Of a stretch of 54,618 nucleotides of DNA, positions 37,422 to 51,340 are shown piece after piece. The notes below the pieces were generated by a model. It was given only the letters and a program-made list of their open reading frames with translations. It did no database searches and was not told the DNA's origin. This DNA comes from Girardia tigrina (Eukaryota): contig MQRK01215724.1 in assembly GCA_001938485.1 (NCBI GenBank), positions 1 to 54,618 on the forward strand. Direction: 5' to 3'. Numbering within the stretch: the first letter of the stretch is position 1; every line of letters begins with the position of its first letter. A program made the position numbers and the translations under genes.

Positions 37422-39332
37422 ATGAAAATTATAATATTTTTAATATTAATTGCTACAAATACTTCAGTTGCATATAACTGTTATTCTCTGAGAAAATCAA
37501 CAATAATAAGTAAATATGAAAAGTATTTTCGAAGTATGTGGTCAAATCAAAGTAGCATAATTACTATTAAAGACATCAATATGATTTTTCAAACATTTAT
37601 TAACACCACAATCAGAATTGTTATGACAACCATGTCAAACTCGCGGCCCGCAATGGTTTTAAAATTTTAACAAATTTTTAAAATTTTCTAAAAAAAATAT
37701 ATTTTAAAAATCAAATTTATTGAAAAAATAAAAACAAATCTTCGTGAAAATTTATACGAGGGCATTTCTATGTATTTTTCAGATCAACAATTATTAAATT
37801 TAAATAGTTAGGAAATTTGTTTAAATATTATTGTTTTTTTATTTTTTTGAATTTTATTAGGTCTAATTTGAGCAGTTTTTTTCATAAATATTAATTTTAA
37901 TCCGGTAATTTTTGTTAGTATTTTCTTTCTTAAGACAGAATATGCATTTTTCTTTAATATTACAATATTAAAGCCCTTCAATTTGTAGATTAAGCCAAAT
38001 ACGAGTAAAAAATGATCGATTGAAAGTGAACATCGTTGCTTTCAAGAAAAATGGGAAATTAAATATTTTTTCATTCAAGAAAAAGGTAAAATTTTCTGCT
38101 TCATATGTCGACAAACTATTTTGGTGTGCAAGAAATATAATATCAAAAGGCATCACAATACCTTCTATAATGAAGAATATAAAAATATTGTTGGAAAAAT
38201 GCGTGAGGAAAAGTTTATCGAATTAAAAGCAGTTCTTCGTAAACAACAAAGCATTTTCACTAAACCAGTTGCAGAAAATGTGGCCGCCGTAACAGCTAGT
38301 TATCGGTTATCGCATGTAATTGCAAAAAAATCAAAATCATTTATGGAAGGCGATTTCATCAGTGAATAATAGCAGCTGAAGAGTTATGCCCCCATATGAT
38401 AAATAAATTTATAAGCATTAGTTTATCCCGAAATACAGTTGCGAATAGAATCACTGACATTGCTTCAAATTTAAGAGACCAACTTCGCTCATTGGCATTA
38501 AATTTTGAAGTGTTTTCAATTGCAATCGATGAGAGTACTGATTTAACAGATATAGCACAGTTAGCCGTTTTTATTCGAGGATGTGATCGGAATATGACAA
38601 TAACCGAAGAGCTATTAGAAGTAATTACAATGCATGGTACAACAACTGGAGATGATATTTTCGATGCACTTATGATTGCTATTAAAAAATATAATCTTCC
38701 AATGAATAACTTGGTATCTTTGGCAACAGATGGGGCCCCTTCTATGACTGGAGTTACACGTGGTGTCGTTGGTAGACTAAAAGCTTATGTTAAAACCCAT
38801 CATAATAAATCTGTTCAACACTTCCATTGTATTATCCACCAGCCAGTCTTATGCTCAAAAGTAATTGAAATTGATAATGTATTTAAAACAGTTGCTAAAG
38901 TTGTACCAATTTTATACCAAATTTTGATGATTTGAAAAATGAGAAGCGGTGCATTATATTCAGCAAAAAATAAATGATATTCTTTTTTATTAATAAATAT
39001 GTTTCTATAAAAAATTTTTTGTTTTCTTTATGGTAAATTTATATTCAATTAACACTCAAAATTTGAATTTTTAATAAACCTAAGTAGATGTGGCCCGCAA
39101 AAATATTTTGAAGACAATTTTCGATGAATTTGGCCCGTATACCGAAATGAGTTTCACATGCCTGTGTTATGATAACAATTATTCAAAAGACTTTCGCTAT
39201 TTGACATTTTCTCAATTAATATTTTTTTTAATTCAAACTAATTTTTCAATAAATGAAAAAGTTTTAATATCAATTATTAATTATAAAGATTTTAATTGGT
39301 TAAAATTAAATCTAAACATTTTAAAAAAGTAA
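37422..39332 (+). pseudogene. Putative secreted-protein gene disrupted by the hAT insertion
   Basis: Signal-peptide-like start MKIIIFLILIATNTSVA. Coding-like sequence resumes after the TSD (CYDNNYSKDFRY...) in a shifted frame. Confidence 0.4.
37627..39164 (+). mobile_element. hAT (Buster/SPIN, GTF2IRD2-like) transposon, internally deleted
   Basis: TIRs CAACCATGTCAAACT / AGTTTCACATGCCTG; perfect 8-bp TSD TGTTATGA (37619-37626 and 39165-39172). Motifs: KYNIKRHH, LSRNTVANRI, FSIAIDESTD..AQLAVFIR, TDGAPSM, HCIIHQ. Confidence 0.95.
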
Positions 39333-40284
39333 TAATTAAATTAATATATTAAATTATAAATTACATTAAAATTAAATATTACATTCAAAATTATTTTAAT
39401 TTACTTTACTTTAAAATTAAATTATTTTTATTAATAGGAATTACAGAAAATACCTATCAGCCCACTACGTAGGAGAGACACAATCCGAATTAACACACAA
39501 AATGTACAATATCAACAACCAATTCAAAAAATTTCTCACAATTACAATCATTAGTAAATTAAATCATTAGTAAATTAATGTGCTTAAAAAGACATTGTGC
39601 TACAACAATAGTATCAATAAGTATCAGATTAAACTTTAATTAATTTGGGCTCTTTTAATCTTATCCTCTCATCCTCCTTTAAGGTTAAGTTTTAAGGATT
39701 CTATTATTAGATAAATAAAAGACAGAGATAAGTAAAGATGATGATTAGTTATATGTTAAGATTAAAAATTTTAAACGTGTTTTTATTTTTAAGTACTATA
39801 TAAGTTATTTCAAATTATATTACTATTGTCTATAGAAAGTTATTATAAAGATATAGACTTAAGTTTCCTTAAATAATTCATTTTTAAATGAAATTTACCT
39901 ATGATTCATCGAGAGACGAGAGAGCCAGTGGGTTCCGAATAATGAAATTATGAGTCGATTAGTTCGCTCTGATTGGTTAACTAGTCAGAAATTATTAAAA
40001 AACGAAATTATTATTAAAATTTTGGAACGAAAATATTTGAAATTTTTACGAAACCATTGCGAATATTTTGAAATGATATTTTTAATCGAAAAAGATTGTT
40101 AGAGACAAAATGTTTTTAATCGGATATTTAAAACAAAATTGTGATCAAATTTAAAAGGAACAAAATTTTAATTGTAAATTTAACTGAGTTTGTTTAGAGC
40201 GAGTTATTATTGAATTTGAATATTTTTTTATTTTTTATTGTCTTAATTAACTTTTATAAAAAAAGAAGTATCATGTTGCAAAAT

Positions 40285-40939
40285 TGTTAGGGTTCTGAAA
40301 AAATACATGTGAACACTTTTGAAAAAATTTTATATAGGAAATTTTTAAATAATTCTTTTAGTAAAATTAGTAACTTCAAATAAAATAATATTTAGTCTAN
40401 NNNNNNNNNNNNNNNNNNNNNNNNNNNNNNNNNNNNNNNNNNNNNNNNNNNNNNNNNNNNNNNNNNNNNNNNNNNNNNNNNNNNNNNNNNNNNNNNNNNN
40501 NNNNNNNNNNNNNNNNNNNNNNNNNNNNNNNNNNNNNNNNNNNNNNNNNNNNNNNNNNNNNNNNNNNNNNNNNNNNNNNNNNNNNNNNNNNNNNNNNNNN
40601 NNNNNNNNNNNNNNNNNNNNNNNNNNNNNNNNNNNNNNNNNNNNNNNNNNNNNNTTGATAAAAGAATTTGTGTTTATTATTCATATATTTATGTTGGAAG
40701 ACCTTTCTGAATAATTGGAGTCAGATCAAAAGATAAAAGATTATTGATTAAAGATTATTTATTGAGAATTATTTATAAAAGATTATTGATTAAGAATTAA
40801 AGATAAAAGATTATTGATTGAGAATTATTGATTAAAGAATTAAGAAAAGAGATTTACGATTAAAGATAAAGATTTAAGATTTGTATTTTAAAAAGTGAAT
40901 AATTGAATTAAAGATAATTTAATAATTTAAAACCCAACA
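40285..40939. mobile_element. Solo LTR with 4-bp TSD (contains assembly gap 40400-40654)
   Basis: TGTTAGGG...CCCAACA with TSD AAAT/AAAT; homologous to 26205-26872; internal expansion of ATAAAAGATTATTGATT units. Confidence 0.85.
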
Positions 40940-41849
40940 AAATTATCCTAATTAATTATCATTTCAAAGACTCAATAAAAACAATAAATCGCCCCAGCAC
41001 GAACCGCATCAACAAAACCATCAGTCAGTCTCTACGGCAACTTGCCGAGACTACCGAACAGTGTTTTTTTTGCTGAACCGAGGAATTAAAATAAAGCGTA
41101 TAATCATTTGTAAATGATCACTAATAATATCATTATAGTTTATATTAAATATATTGCAGGTAAAATAAATATAATATAGATATTTAGAATAAAAATAATA
41201 CTACTAAACCGATATAATTACTTCAAGTATTTCAAAAGTATATAACAGTTAATTTCGTAAAAAAGAGATATCTTATTGTAATTGTTCAAAAGAAAGGATA
41301 AAGATAAATTAGGATGGATATCTGACACTTGAATTGGTCTCTTATATTGAATTTGCACTAGAAGAATAAATGACAAATAAATAAAACATTACTATGGATG
41401 TACTTGCTATCGAATGCCAAAAAATATTATTCAAAAAATTTAATTCCTGACCCATGGTGATTAGTAAATTATTATTATTTTTAATAACTCGTATTATATC
41501 TGGAAAAAAAAATATATAAATATATTATATTGTATATAAATATATATGCTATAATAAAAATAACTAATAAAAATAATTACATAAATATAAAAAATAACTA
41601 AAAATTAAAAAAACAATTTAAACATAAATAAAACAACTTCCGAACCTTTTTCGACATATTAAATTAATTTGTCAACAATTCTTTTCTTTTACACGAGGAC
41701 AACAAGCTCTAAGGGAAGACTAAAAATAATTTACATTACATCAATAAATATCGTTTGAATGCGTATTTATTAATTATTGCTGTTTTAAATATTACTGAAA
41801 ACTGAACATTTTTGATTTACTTTTCATGGTACTTCTAATTTGTGGAGCC

Positions 41850-43045
41850 AGGAGAATGTAGCTCATGTTAGGTAACAACCCAGATGAAATGCCAAAGTAT
41901 TGGGAAATGTCTTAAAAAGCTGTCATGAAAGGAATCCTTGTTAAAACTTTTTTTGCTTGATATTACTGTCAATAAAATGCTGTTCTTATTAATGATGTTT
42001 TAATGGGCGTTCTCATTTACATTTGGATAATTATTGGAGGATTAATAAATGTGTAGTGGGCTCGATCACACTTTTCGTGATTGGGAAACCAAAAAGGAGA
42101 ACAAGATAACTACAAAATTTATTAACATAAAAATATTCCTTTACAATTGAAATCCCTCGTTGATCTTCAGTTTTTGCATTCGACATTTTTCGTAAATTTG
42201 ATTATTAAAACAAAAAAACGTTAATGTTGATTTAATTTTTCAAAAAGAATTTTTTTGTCCAACTAATTTAGGCATTTCTGCTTGATTTTTTTATAGGAAA
42301 ATGTGCTTCGAATAAATTAGTTGATTAATATTTTTTTTTAGTAAAATAGTAAAAAACATTGAATGTTAATTACATTAGTGAAATTTGCAAAAATTTAAAT
42401 GATTTGATTATTCAAGGAAAATCAAAGCGCCATACAAGGATTTGGTTGAGTTTAATGAAAGTCAATTTATTTGGATCTGTTATCGTTAATCAATAAGGAA
42501 CTACACTTAAAACAGTAACAATCAAATAATAGTAAGAAAAACTACAACTACTATGATTTTTTTATGTATTTTCAATACTGTACTCATTTCTAAATAGCCA
42601 AGGTCTAGAATATAAGCGGAATATGGAAGACGTTTAATAGCGTCAAGATTTCTTTTCTTTTTTTGGTTTGCCTGGTGGTGTGCGGTTTTGGGTTGTCTTG
42701 CTGCAAAATAGCAGGCTATTGATTAATGAAAGCGGGGGTATTTTAGCAAGTGTCATATATATACAATTCATTTTGGCACTCTAGAAGTGAATGGTTTTAG
42801 TTTGACCATCTGAGAGTAGCTCAAAGTTCACAATGTCCTCTAAATTCCTTTAACCACTCAAAATTGTCTTTATTGGTAATCGATTTAATATTGACTTTTT
42901 AGCTGTTTTATTAGTGTTATTAGTTAATATACATTACAGGATAAGGAAATCTGGTTTAAACTTCAAAATCTTAATTTTTTCAATGCTTTTGACTTCTTTT
43001 GTCCCAAGTGTATTATAGAAAAGAATTCGATAAAAAGACATAAAA
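41850..43045 (-). mobile_element. Possible very decayed LINE (APE start and RT end fragments)
   Basis: MSFYRILFYNTLG...KPDFLIL at about 43042-42935 and GFPI at about 42090. Confidence 0.3.
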
Positions 43046-44342
43046 ATCGAAAATAACTTTTAATTCACTCTATTAAAGCTTCAGTATGTTTATTGTTATT
43101 TTCTGAAATTTTCAGAACCAAAATAAAAATATCATTAAAAATAACTTTAATTTTCAGTCCACATAATAGGGTGACACTTTTTAAAGCAATAAATAAAAAT
43201 AAAATAAGGGATATGCATATCGTTAGGAATTAAAAATGATATTAAAATTTTTGAAAGAAGGTTATTTTAAATATGTACAAATTAAAATTTTTATATAATT
43301 AAATATATAACGTTTGAAAAAATAAAATTACTAAAATTAAGAAGATCATTTAAATTGCTAATAATAAAAATTTTTGAGAGTTTTTAATATAATATAAAAA
43401 ATTGAAGTGAAATAATTTTTATGTGGAACGATTTAAAAAAAATAATAAAATTAAATGAAACGATTAAATATTTTAAAATGTTATCGTAATTTAAAATTGA
43501 TTTATAAAATTAATATAAAAAAATCAAATATGAATATTTATAAGTATTTTTATTTATATCGGTTTAAGATTTATAAAACAAATTGTTTCTCAAAAAATAA
43601 TAAGTTTGTTTAAATATTAAATTTAAACATTTTTGAGTGGTATAATAAAAGTTTTGATGTCAGAAATATCTTATAGTAATAATTCCGATGATGTCCCTAG
43701 AACCACTAATACATATAAATTTAAAAACAGGATTTTTAAGCATACTTATTTAAAATTTATAAAATTAGAGGTAATTTAAGAATCCCAATAATAAAAAAAT
43801 ACTTATTATCGAAATTATAATATTTCAATTTTTTTATAAAATTGAAAATTTATTTATTTAAATAATGAACCAATAACTTATGAATTAAATACTCTTGAGG
43901 GAAATTCAGTCAAATGAATATATTATGGAGTTAAAGTAAAAAATATTAATAAAATAAATATAAAAATAAATAATTACAAGTATTGCAACAAAAAATTATC
44001 TTTTTCTAAAATATTTTTTTTATTAATCAAATTTTGATGTTACTCATCCATCGTACTTATGTTGTTGATCAGTACCGACCAGATACAACTACCTTTTGAT
44101 GAGCACGCCTAAAGTAGCATAACGAATGAGACACCGCGGAATGTCGTGATTGACCGATGAAACATAATCAGGAGGGTACACATAATAACCTGCTATAAAT
44201 ACAGCTGGTTCGCTGACCAAATATGCCACAATTTTAAACACTATGAGGGGTTAATTTAAATTTCCATCTCGCCAGAATGATTTATTATTTTTTTTATTTA
44301 AAGGTAAAATATTTTAATGTTAATATGCGTATTAAATATTTT

Positions 44343-44555
44343 AAAAAATTAAAAAAGGATATCATAAAACAACTATTAAAAAAATCAAATACGTACTTAA
44401 AAATAAAATATGTTTTTAATGTGTTTTTTAAAAATATTTCAAAAATTAAAAATGATATAATAAAAGAAAATCTTAAAAAATTAAATATCTATTTAAAAAT
44501 AAAAAATATCTTTTTAATGTGTCTATTAAATATCTTAAAATTAAAAATGATAAGA
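44343..44555. repeat. Diverged AT-rich tandem repeat with ~96-bp period
   Basis: AAAATTAAAAA.GATAT...TTAAAAATAAAA...TTTTTAATGTGT occurs about 2.2 times. Confidence 0.65.
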
Positions 44556-44856
44556 AAACCATTAAGTCATAACAATTTATATATTTTAATAGAAATTATG
44601 AAACAATTTTAAATCAATTTGAAAATAAATTTTTAGTTTTAATGGGAAAATTATATAATAAATTTGCATAATTTTAAGTAAATTTTGAAATAAATTTTTA
44701 GTTAAAATGTGAAGATTATTTAATAAATTTGCAAAATTTTAGAAATTGAATCGAAAAATTTAATAGATTAATTCGTGGCGGGAAAATTAAATTAACTGAA
44801 AAATTTGTTTAAATGTGTGAATTTTTGTTATAGTAATAAATTTTGGTGTTAAAAAA

Positions 44857-45690
44857 ATGAATCCTGATATTGAGGTTGCAACCACTTCTCACAAACACAT
44901 TAAAATTTTTGAACAATTAATAACGCGTTTTCTTTAACACATTTATCAACGCAAATTTTGATACGTTTCGATACGCCCAATTTCGACCATTTGATGATAT
45001 TGAACAGTAACAGTAACAAATCTACAACGCCAGATTTTGAAAGCGAAACAGACGAATTTTTCATTGAATATTTACGAAGAATATTTTGATCGAGGGACGA
45101 TATCCTTCCTCCGGATCCACTCAATTGTACCGAGATTCAAAGACGTTATTTCAAAATGTAAATTTTAATCATATGTTTATACGTTTTCTAATAACTGAAT
45201 ATATGTATTTGATTATTTAATTTGTTTTATTGATATATAATTTTACTTGATTTATTTGAACAGTTAGAACGAGGCGAGAGTTATCGTTCCGCATTTGTCA
45301 GTTAATTCTTTGATCCTTAAGCCAGTCGTAACCGTCGTTCCATCATCCATGTCGCATCATAAATTCCGTTCCGTGATTACTGACAGTGAAGCATCGTTCT
45401 TCCGAAGTGCAACTGAGAAGACTTGACAATTGCTTCGGTGAGATAATGCCAACGATGAGACGTGAAAAGGTTAATAAAGAAACGAAAACGTTGCCCATCT
45501 TTCTTAACCGATTCGAGTACAGTTTTCCATTCATGATTGTAAACCAGCGATTTACGAAAATTGATAGTATCAATGATTTGATTTATTTTATGCTAACAAT
45601 ATATTTAATTTATTTATTGTAGTTCATTAAATTGATTTGCTTTTGAACAAGTTTAACACGATGTAGAGTAAGATGGTCGATTAAGTCTTA
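44857..45690 (+). pseudogene. Unknown spliced gene remnant with frameshifts
   Basis: GC-richer blocks are separated by GT(45158)...CAG(45263) and ...GCTAAC...TAG(45622) intron-like AT tracts; no continuous frame. Confidence 0.35.
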
Positions 45691-46050
45691 AACTGAATTT
45701 TGGAAAGTTTCATTTCATAATTTTGTAACAAGCAACATTTTCCCTGTAGATTGTGAACATTAAGTCGCGAGTGATGTTGGCAAGTTATTTCAGATGGATC
45801 GATAAAGAATAATATATAATTGAATATTGATACATGATAAAGAATAGTAATGTATTAAAGGATAATAATAATTGAATTAGACATAAGGGTAACGAAATAA
45901 GTCTGGAGATAACAAATTTAGATAAGACTCTACAATAATATCGATCTACAGTGTGTCACAGCTTTGTGTAAATAAACATTAAAATATACAAATAATACGT
46001 TCAACAAATGAACCTTTTATAAATAAGATTAAGAATACACAATGTATAAT

Positions 46051-46564
46051 TGTTATATCGACGACATGAAATCAGATTTCAGGCAATCAACGAGAGTGAA
46101 AGTAATCGAACACAGATATACCCATATCTTGATATCATCCCATACCGATTTTGAGCTGGCTGGGGGCCCACGCCCCGTCCTCGCCTACTCGGATCTGAGG
46201 GCGCTCCAGATCCAACACTACATCGTAGATGAAAGGCGAAGGAGACGCGTCCGGTCACCCCGTAAAGATGTAAAAATAATATCGAGATAATACACATCGG
46301 GTTGAAATTAAACCCTCAAAAACCTCTGGGGGCTCAGAGTCTTCAACAATGTCAACACCTAAGGTGACAGTGACATCTGGTATTTATATGCACAGTGGAT
46401 CTTCTCTTTTGTTAAAAGTTCATAAATTCTCTATTATAGAGAGATCGGGGTAATATGGAAGCCATTTTGAGACAGTAAAGTCTTTGATTTCTAAAAATGA
46501 AGTTTCAGACTTGGACAGGAAAAATATTACTCATAGATGAATGAATTCATTCATTAGAGTAACA
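46051..46564. mobile_element. Possible solo LTR with GC-rich hairpins
   Basis: Termini TGTTA...TAACA, minus-strand TATAAATA at about 46381-46388, and hairpin GGATCTG/CAGATCC; TSD not matched. Confidence 0.4.
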
Positions 46565-47502
46565 TTTTGTTATTAGGTTGATGCAAAAGAAATGTCATTT
46601 TTAACCGTCAACTTTAAATGAACATAACTTTCTTTAAAATTAACTTTATTAGTCAAAATAAAAACCATTACATTGAACACACTGTTGCCAACGGGTAACC
46701 AATTTTCTTATTCCAGTTTCATAAAATTCTGGAGTTCTGGAGGCGATGAAGTCGTACAAGGCTCTTTCAGCATCTCATTGGTTTCTGAAGCATTTTTCGC
46801 GAAGGAACTGGTTGAAATGTTTGAAAAAGTGAAAGTCTGTGGGAGAAAGGTCTGATGAGTACGGTGGATGTGGCAAAGTTTCATATCCCAGTTCGTTTAA
46901 CTTCAGCATGGTCTTTCTTGCAACATGTGGTTGAGCGTTGTCATGCAGAAGAATTGGCCTCTTTCTAGTGAGTAATGCCAGCCGTTATTTTTGTAGTTCT
47001 TTTCTTTGTAGAAGACACGTTAAAACGACGATTTTTTTGATTTTCCTTTAATTCCTGCGGCACCCACTTGTCCAGCTTTTTCACTTCCCCGATTTTCTTC
47101 AGATGGTGAACAGCTGCTGATTGGTGAAAGTTGAGTTCTTGAGCGACTTCCCATGAATTTTTTGATTAAATTCTTCAAATAGTCGTCGTCAACTTGTGAT
47201 GGTCCACTACCATGTTCTTCATCTTCAAGGCTCTCATTGCAACTACGAAACTTAGAAAACCAACGTTGTACTGTTCGTAAATTAGTGGTAGGTTGTACAA
47301 TTACATTGTAAATATTCCGCGCCTTTTCTGTCGCTTTTCGACCTAGTTTGAAATCGTAAAATAAAATTGTTCTCATTTCCTTCATTTCTAAAATAAAATA
47401 AATATACCTTAAATTAACGACAATAATTTCATGCTTGGTATCAAAATATAGAGTAAAGTTTAAGCTTTAAAGTAAATTTAAATATGAATCTATTCATTAA
47501 CA

Positions 47503-48161
47503 TCTTCTTATCTTATAAAAGCCCAAGTCACTCACTGCCTGCCTGCCTCACTGCCTCACTAACGCTAAATTTTTGAAATGATTTTATAATCAATATATAA
47601 ATATTTTTATTATTAAAATATTTATATCATTATATCATTATGGATATATCTTATCTTATAAAAGCCCAAGTCACTCACTGCCTGCCTCACTGCCTCACTA
47701 ACGATGTCAAGAACGCTCATATTATCTACTTACAATTGTAAGTAGATATTTATATTAATAATAATTCATATGGAAAATTATTATTAGCAGAATTATTCAT
47801 GATAATTTTCCATATGAATTATTNNNNNNNNNNNNNNNNNNNNNNNNNNNNNNNNNNNNNNNNNNNNNNNNNNNNNNNNNNNNNNNNNNTTGGGTTGGCC
47901 TTTTGGAATTCAACATTTTTCATTCATTATATTTTTCGGTAGGATTTTCAACAATGGCAACTTCTCAAAAGGGTAATTTACTGAATAATGAACGAGTATT
48001 TACAAAAAGTATAGTTTATAAAGAAATTTTGTGAAGACACTTATTTCTAATGATTAAATGTGGAAAACAAATGAATTTTAAAAAAAATGTCTTTTGAAAA
48101 TTTATTTGAAATTTTATCTCTATATAATTATATCCGTCATACATGACGGGTTATTTACTAG
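47503..48161 (+). mobile_element. Non-autonomous Helitron with two 5' ends, inserted in mariner A
   Basis: A|TC start and CACT/GCCT microsatellite, with the 5' block repeated at about 47649. 3' hairpin CCGTCAT-AC-ATGACGG (48134-48149) is followed by CTAG|T. Contains an N gap. Confidence 0.85.
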
Positions 48162-48170
48162 TTTTAAATA

Positions 48171-49452
48171 TTAGGGTGAACCAAAAGTCTTTTCGTATTT
48201 TTTATTAAAAATTTAAACATAATTTTACAACAAATAAAAAAACATTTAAGTTTCAAAGTAAAGACCATTTGAATCTATAGCTTGAAGCCATCTATGGGCA
48301 AGTTGTGCGATCCCACTGCGGTACCAATTCTTGTTCTTAGAAGCGAAGAACTGGTGACACCTGTTTTCGACCTCGGCCAGATTATTGAAGCTGCAACCAC
48401 GAAGAAAGTGTGCCATAGACCGGAAAAGGTAATAGTCTGATGGCGCAAGATCCGGACTATACGCTGGGTGTGGAAGAAGTTCAAAGGCATCGAGTGTTTT
48501 GAATTTTTTCCTTTGTTTGTTTGGCGGTGTGCAGTTTAGCATTGTCCTGTTGGAGAAGAACTCACTTTCGATTGATCAAATCGGGGTATTTCTCGCCAAG
48601 TGCCGCATACATTCGATCAAGTTGGGCGCAGTAAAGGTCAGCGTCGATGGCACGACCATTTGGAACCAGCTCGAAGTTCCTTTGAAGTTCCACCAAACAC
48701 ACAAAAGTGCCTTCCTTGAGAAACGATATCGTTTCGCTACCGGTTTCGCCATTTGTCCAGGGTCCAACCATTGATTTTATTGGTCTGGATTACTGAAGTA
48801 AACCCACTTTTCAACGCAAGTTACAATTTGACGGGTGAAACGGTCATCGCGCGGATTTTCAAGCAATTTTTGATAAGTTTCGAAACGCTTTTCGGTTTGA
48901 ATTTGTGTCAATTCATGAGGCACTTCTCGACATCGTCTATTGACCTTGCCAAGAGCGTGAAGGTGTCGTACAATGGATGTTTGAGGATTATCGAGTTCGA
49001 CCGACAATCTGCGAGTACTTATTGAAGGATTTGTCACGACGGCTTCACGAATTGCTCCGAAATGTACGGTGATAGGTCGGCCTGAACGTGCATTGTCTCC
49101 GAGGTCAATGTCGCCTTCGTTGAACCATTTGAACCAATTTTGTGCAGTACGATTTGAGACCACATTATCGCCTTCAACTTCACATATCTTCTTTGTTGCT
49201 GCAGTTGCGTTTAAGCCCTGTTTCCAGTAAAGGCGTAAAAGAACACGAATTTCAAAATTTTCCATGATTTTTCTAAAATACCATAAAAATTATATTAACG
49301 ATTTATTAGAAGTTTTAATATTTATTGTGATAGAGCAGTTTAAGAGCTTTAAAAACATATAACACATGTATATAAAATATCTTTATTTGGTAATAACAAA
49401 CAATTGAACAAAAAGACGTAGAAAATACGAAAAGACTTTTGGTTCACCCTAA
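48171..49452 (-). mobile_element. Full-length (1,282 bp) mariner element B, transposase broken by stop and frameshifts
   Basis: Perfect 31-bp TIR TTAGGGTGAACCAAAAGTCTTTTCGTATTTT with TA TSD; motifs EVPHEL, IVTCVEKW, LLCVWWN and HPAYSPDLAPSDYYLF. Confidence 0.97.
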
Positions 49453-50639
49453 TATTTCACATAATGAATATTAAATACATTAAAAACGACATTTCTTTTG
49501 CATCAACCTAATATGAAGGACATTTATGTAATTTTCTAAATTCACTCGTTTATTCAACTATTTATGAAGCTCGATCTTTTGAAAAGTAGCCCCAAACAAT
49601 TATTTATTTAAAAAATATATTTTTGGTGCTTTGTAGTAAGATGTATCAAAAATATTTAGTCTAATTTATCTAACAAATCTGGAAATTACATTTACCTTAG
49701 CTTATCGAATTTCAGGCCATCCGCGAACGTGCTAATAGGTTTTAAAGATTTTTGGATAAAAATACTTAGATTATATTTTGAATTTCTCGTTTTACGTATA
49801 TTGTTTATGATTCTCCAACATTTGTTAAAATGTTTTTAAAAAGATTTCTTTTTAAATTAAAATATTCTTTCTCTTTCTGTGTTAGATTGGGAAATTATAA
49901 CATATTTTTTATAATTTGTTTTAATTTTTTCAATACCATTAAATCATTATGCCCGATATGTCGAAATAATTCATTAGGGACAGACAGAGTTTGATGATAT
50001 ATACGACTACATTTCCTGTCTTTATAATGGGATAAAAAGAATATTAGAATATTAAAGGAATAATCTAGTTAAGTAATCATAAGGGTGATCGCTTTTGTCT
50101 GGTGAGTTTTGTTGGAATACAGTATGTTAATACACGATTCATTCTGTCAATGTTTAAAGATCTACATCCCTTTTAATAATTAATGAAATTTTGAATTACT
50201 TAAGTAATCGAAAGCATTAATGAATTATACAAATTTTAATTTGCATTATAAAAATTATGTTGTGATATGAGATGAAAGAACATGGCGAGGAGGTTCTATG
50301 ATGAAGAAGAACATCAATTAGTTCCCATTTCATCTGGAATGGCATATGGAATCTGAGTTTTTATCAATTTTCTACGGGTAGATATTGAGCATTCTCACTT
50401 CTGAACCGAGAAGGATTTTGAAAGATATTATAAATAAGATTAAATATTTATTGCACACAAAAATGTTTCCTAAATTATTTAACTGAAAGGGCATTTTTTT
50501 TCTCGTCGTTGTTTTTTATTGAATTGTAATTACTGTAATATAATACTTATGATTGAAAAATGTTGTTATTTGAAATTAAAATTTCAAAACTACTTTTAAT
50601 ATTTCTTTCTATATTTTAAAATATTATTGTTACCATAAG

Positions 50640-51340
50640 TTCGTCTGCTCTTGGTATTATTTGAAGATTTGCGAGATCTCAATAGTTAAAATTATAAGTA
50701 TCCACATTTTGATCCTCAAAAATTTCAATTACTTTTTCTTTAATTTGTGCTCTTGTTATTTGTACTGACATGAATGCGGCTAGTTCGCTTTTAAAATATC
50801 TAAAAAAACGCCTTGATCGGATTGAATTATAGAGAATACAGTGTTGTAAATTGATATGTAATGATTTTTTCTTGCAATAAACTGATTTCCTCTCGCCTAT
50901 GATGAAATCAACAATTGTCTGTTGTCAGAATATCAGTGGAAAAAGATACAAGGTGCCAGTTTCGAATTGATAAATTCGATGGAAGTTGTTTCCTCAAATG
51001 ATCCGTCTTTATTTTTATAACAAGCCAAACCTGTCTTTTTAATTGCAACCATGCAACTAATATTACTTCCTCTACTAGGCTTAACTATTTTTTGGCATTT
51101 TGAATTCTTTGGCGAGTAACCATAAATTTTTCTTACATGTAAACTGACAGTTAAAAAAGTTAATTATCGGCATCAATCTGTTTGAAAAAAACGAGCATAA
51201 ATTTGTCTCATTTCCAATACTTTTAGGTTTTTTCTTTAAACATTTTTAAATAAACATTTTTAGTACAAGATTATTTGTTTGAACATTCACTATTGAGTAC
51301 AGATTTTTTTCGAAATAGAATAAGAGCGTTCATTATAGCT
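50640..51340 (-). mobile_element. IS630/Tc1-like (DDE_3) transposase remnant
   Basis: The minus strand reads YGYSPKN...RGSNISCMVAI...DGSF, DNC*FHH and LYSL*FNPIK (YSP.LNPIE-like). Confidence 0.75.

Larger units (their letters stand above)
46573..49511 (-). mobile_element. mariner element A, host of two nested insertions
   Basis: TIR TTAGGTTGATGCAAAAGAAATGTC.TTTTTA at both ends with TA flanks. Minus-strand ORF MKEMRTILFYDFKLG..TVQRWF; decayed catalytic region at about 46650-46960. Confidence 0.93.

Noticed and set aside
40397-40684. Listed 95-aa ORF
   Set aside because: It is an N-gap artefact.
44277-44612. 111-aa K/I/N-rich ORF and similar short AT-rich ORFs (330, 3226, 8394, 36410, 53987)
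   Set aside because: Low-complexity translations of AT-rich or tandem-repeat DNA with no protein signal.
44857-45570. Alternative genetic code (TGA or TAA as sense) suggested by stop-rich but protein-like frames
   Set aside because: The open frame switches between blocks, which frameshift decay explains. Other ORFs in the window use TGG for Trp and end at standard stops.
46150-46222. HDV-like ribozyme (TCCTCGC loop, GG-ATCTG/CAGAT-CCAA)
   Set aside because: No P3 or P2 pairing can be drawn; more likely an LTR hairpin.
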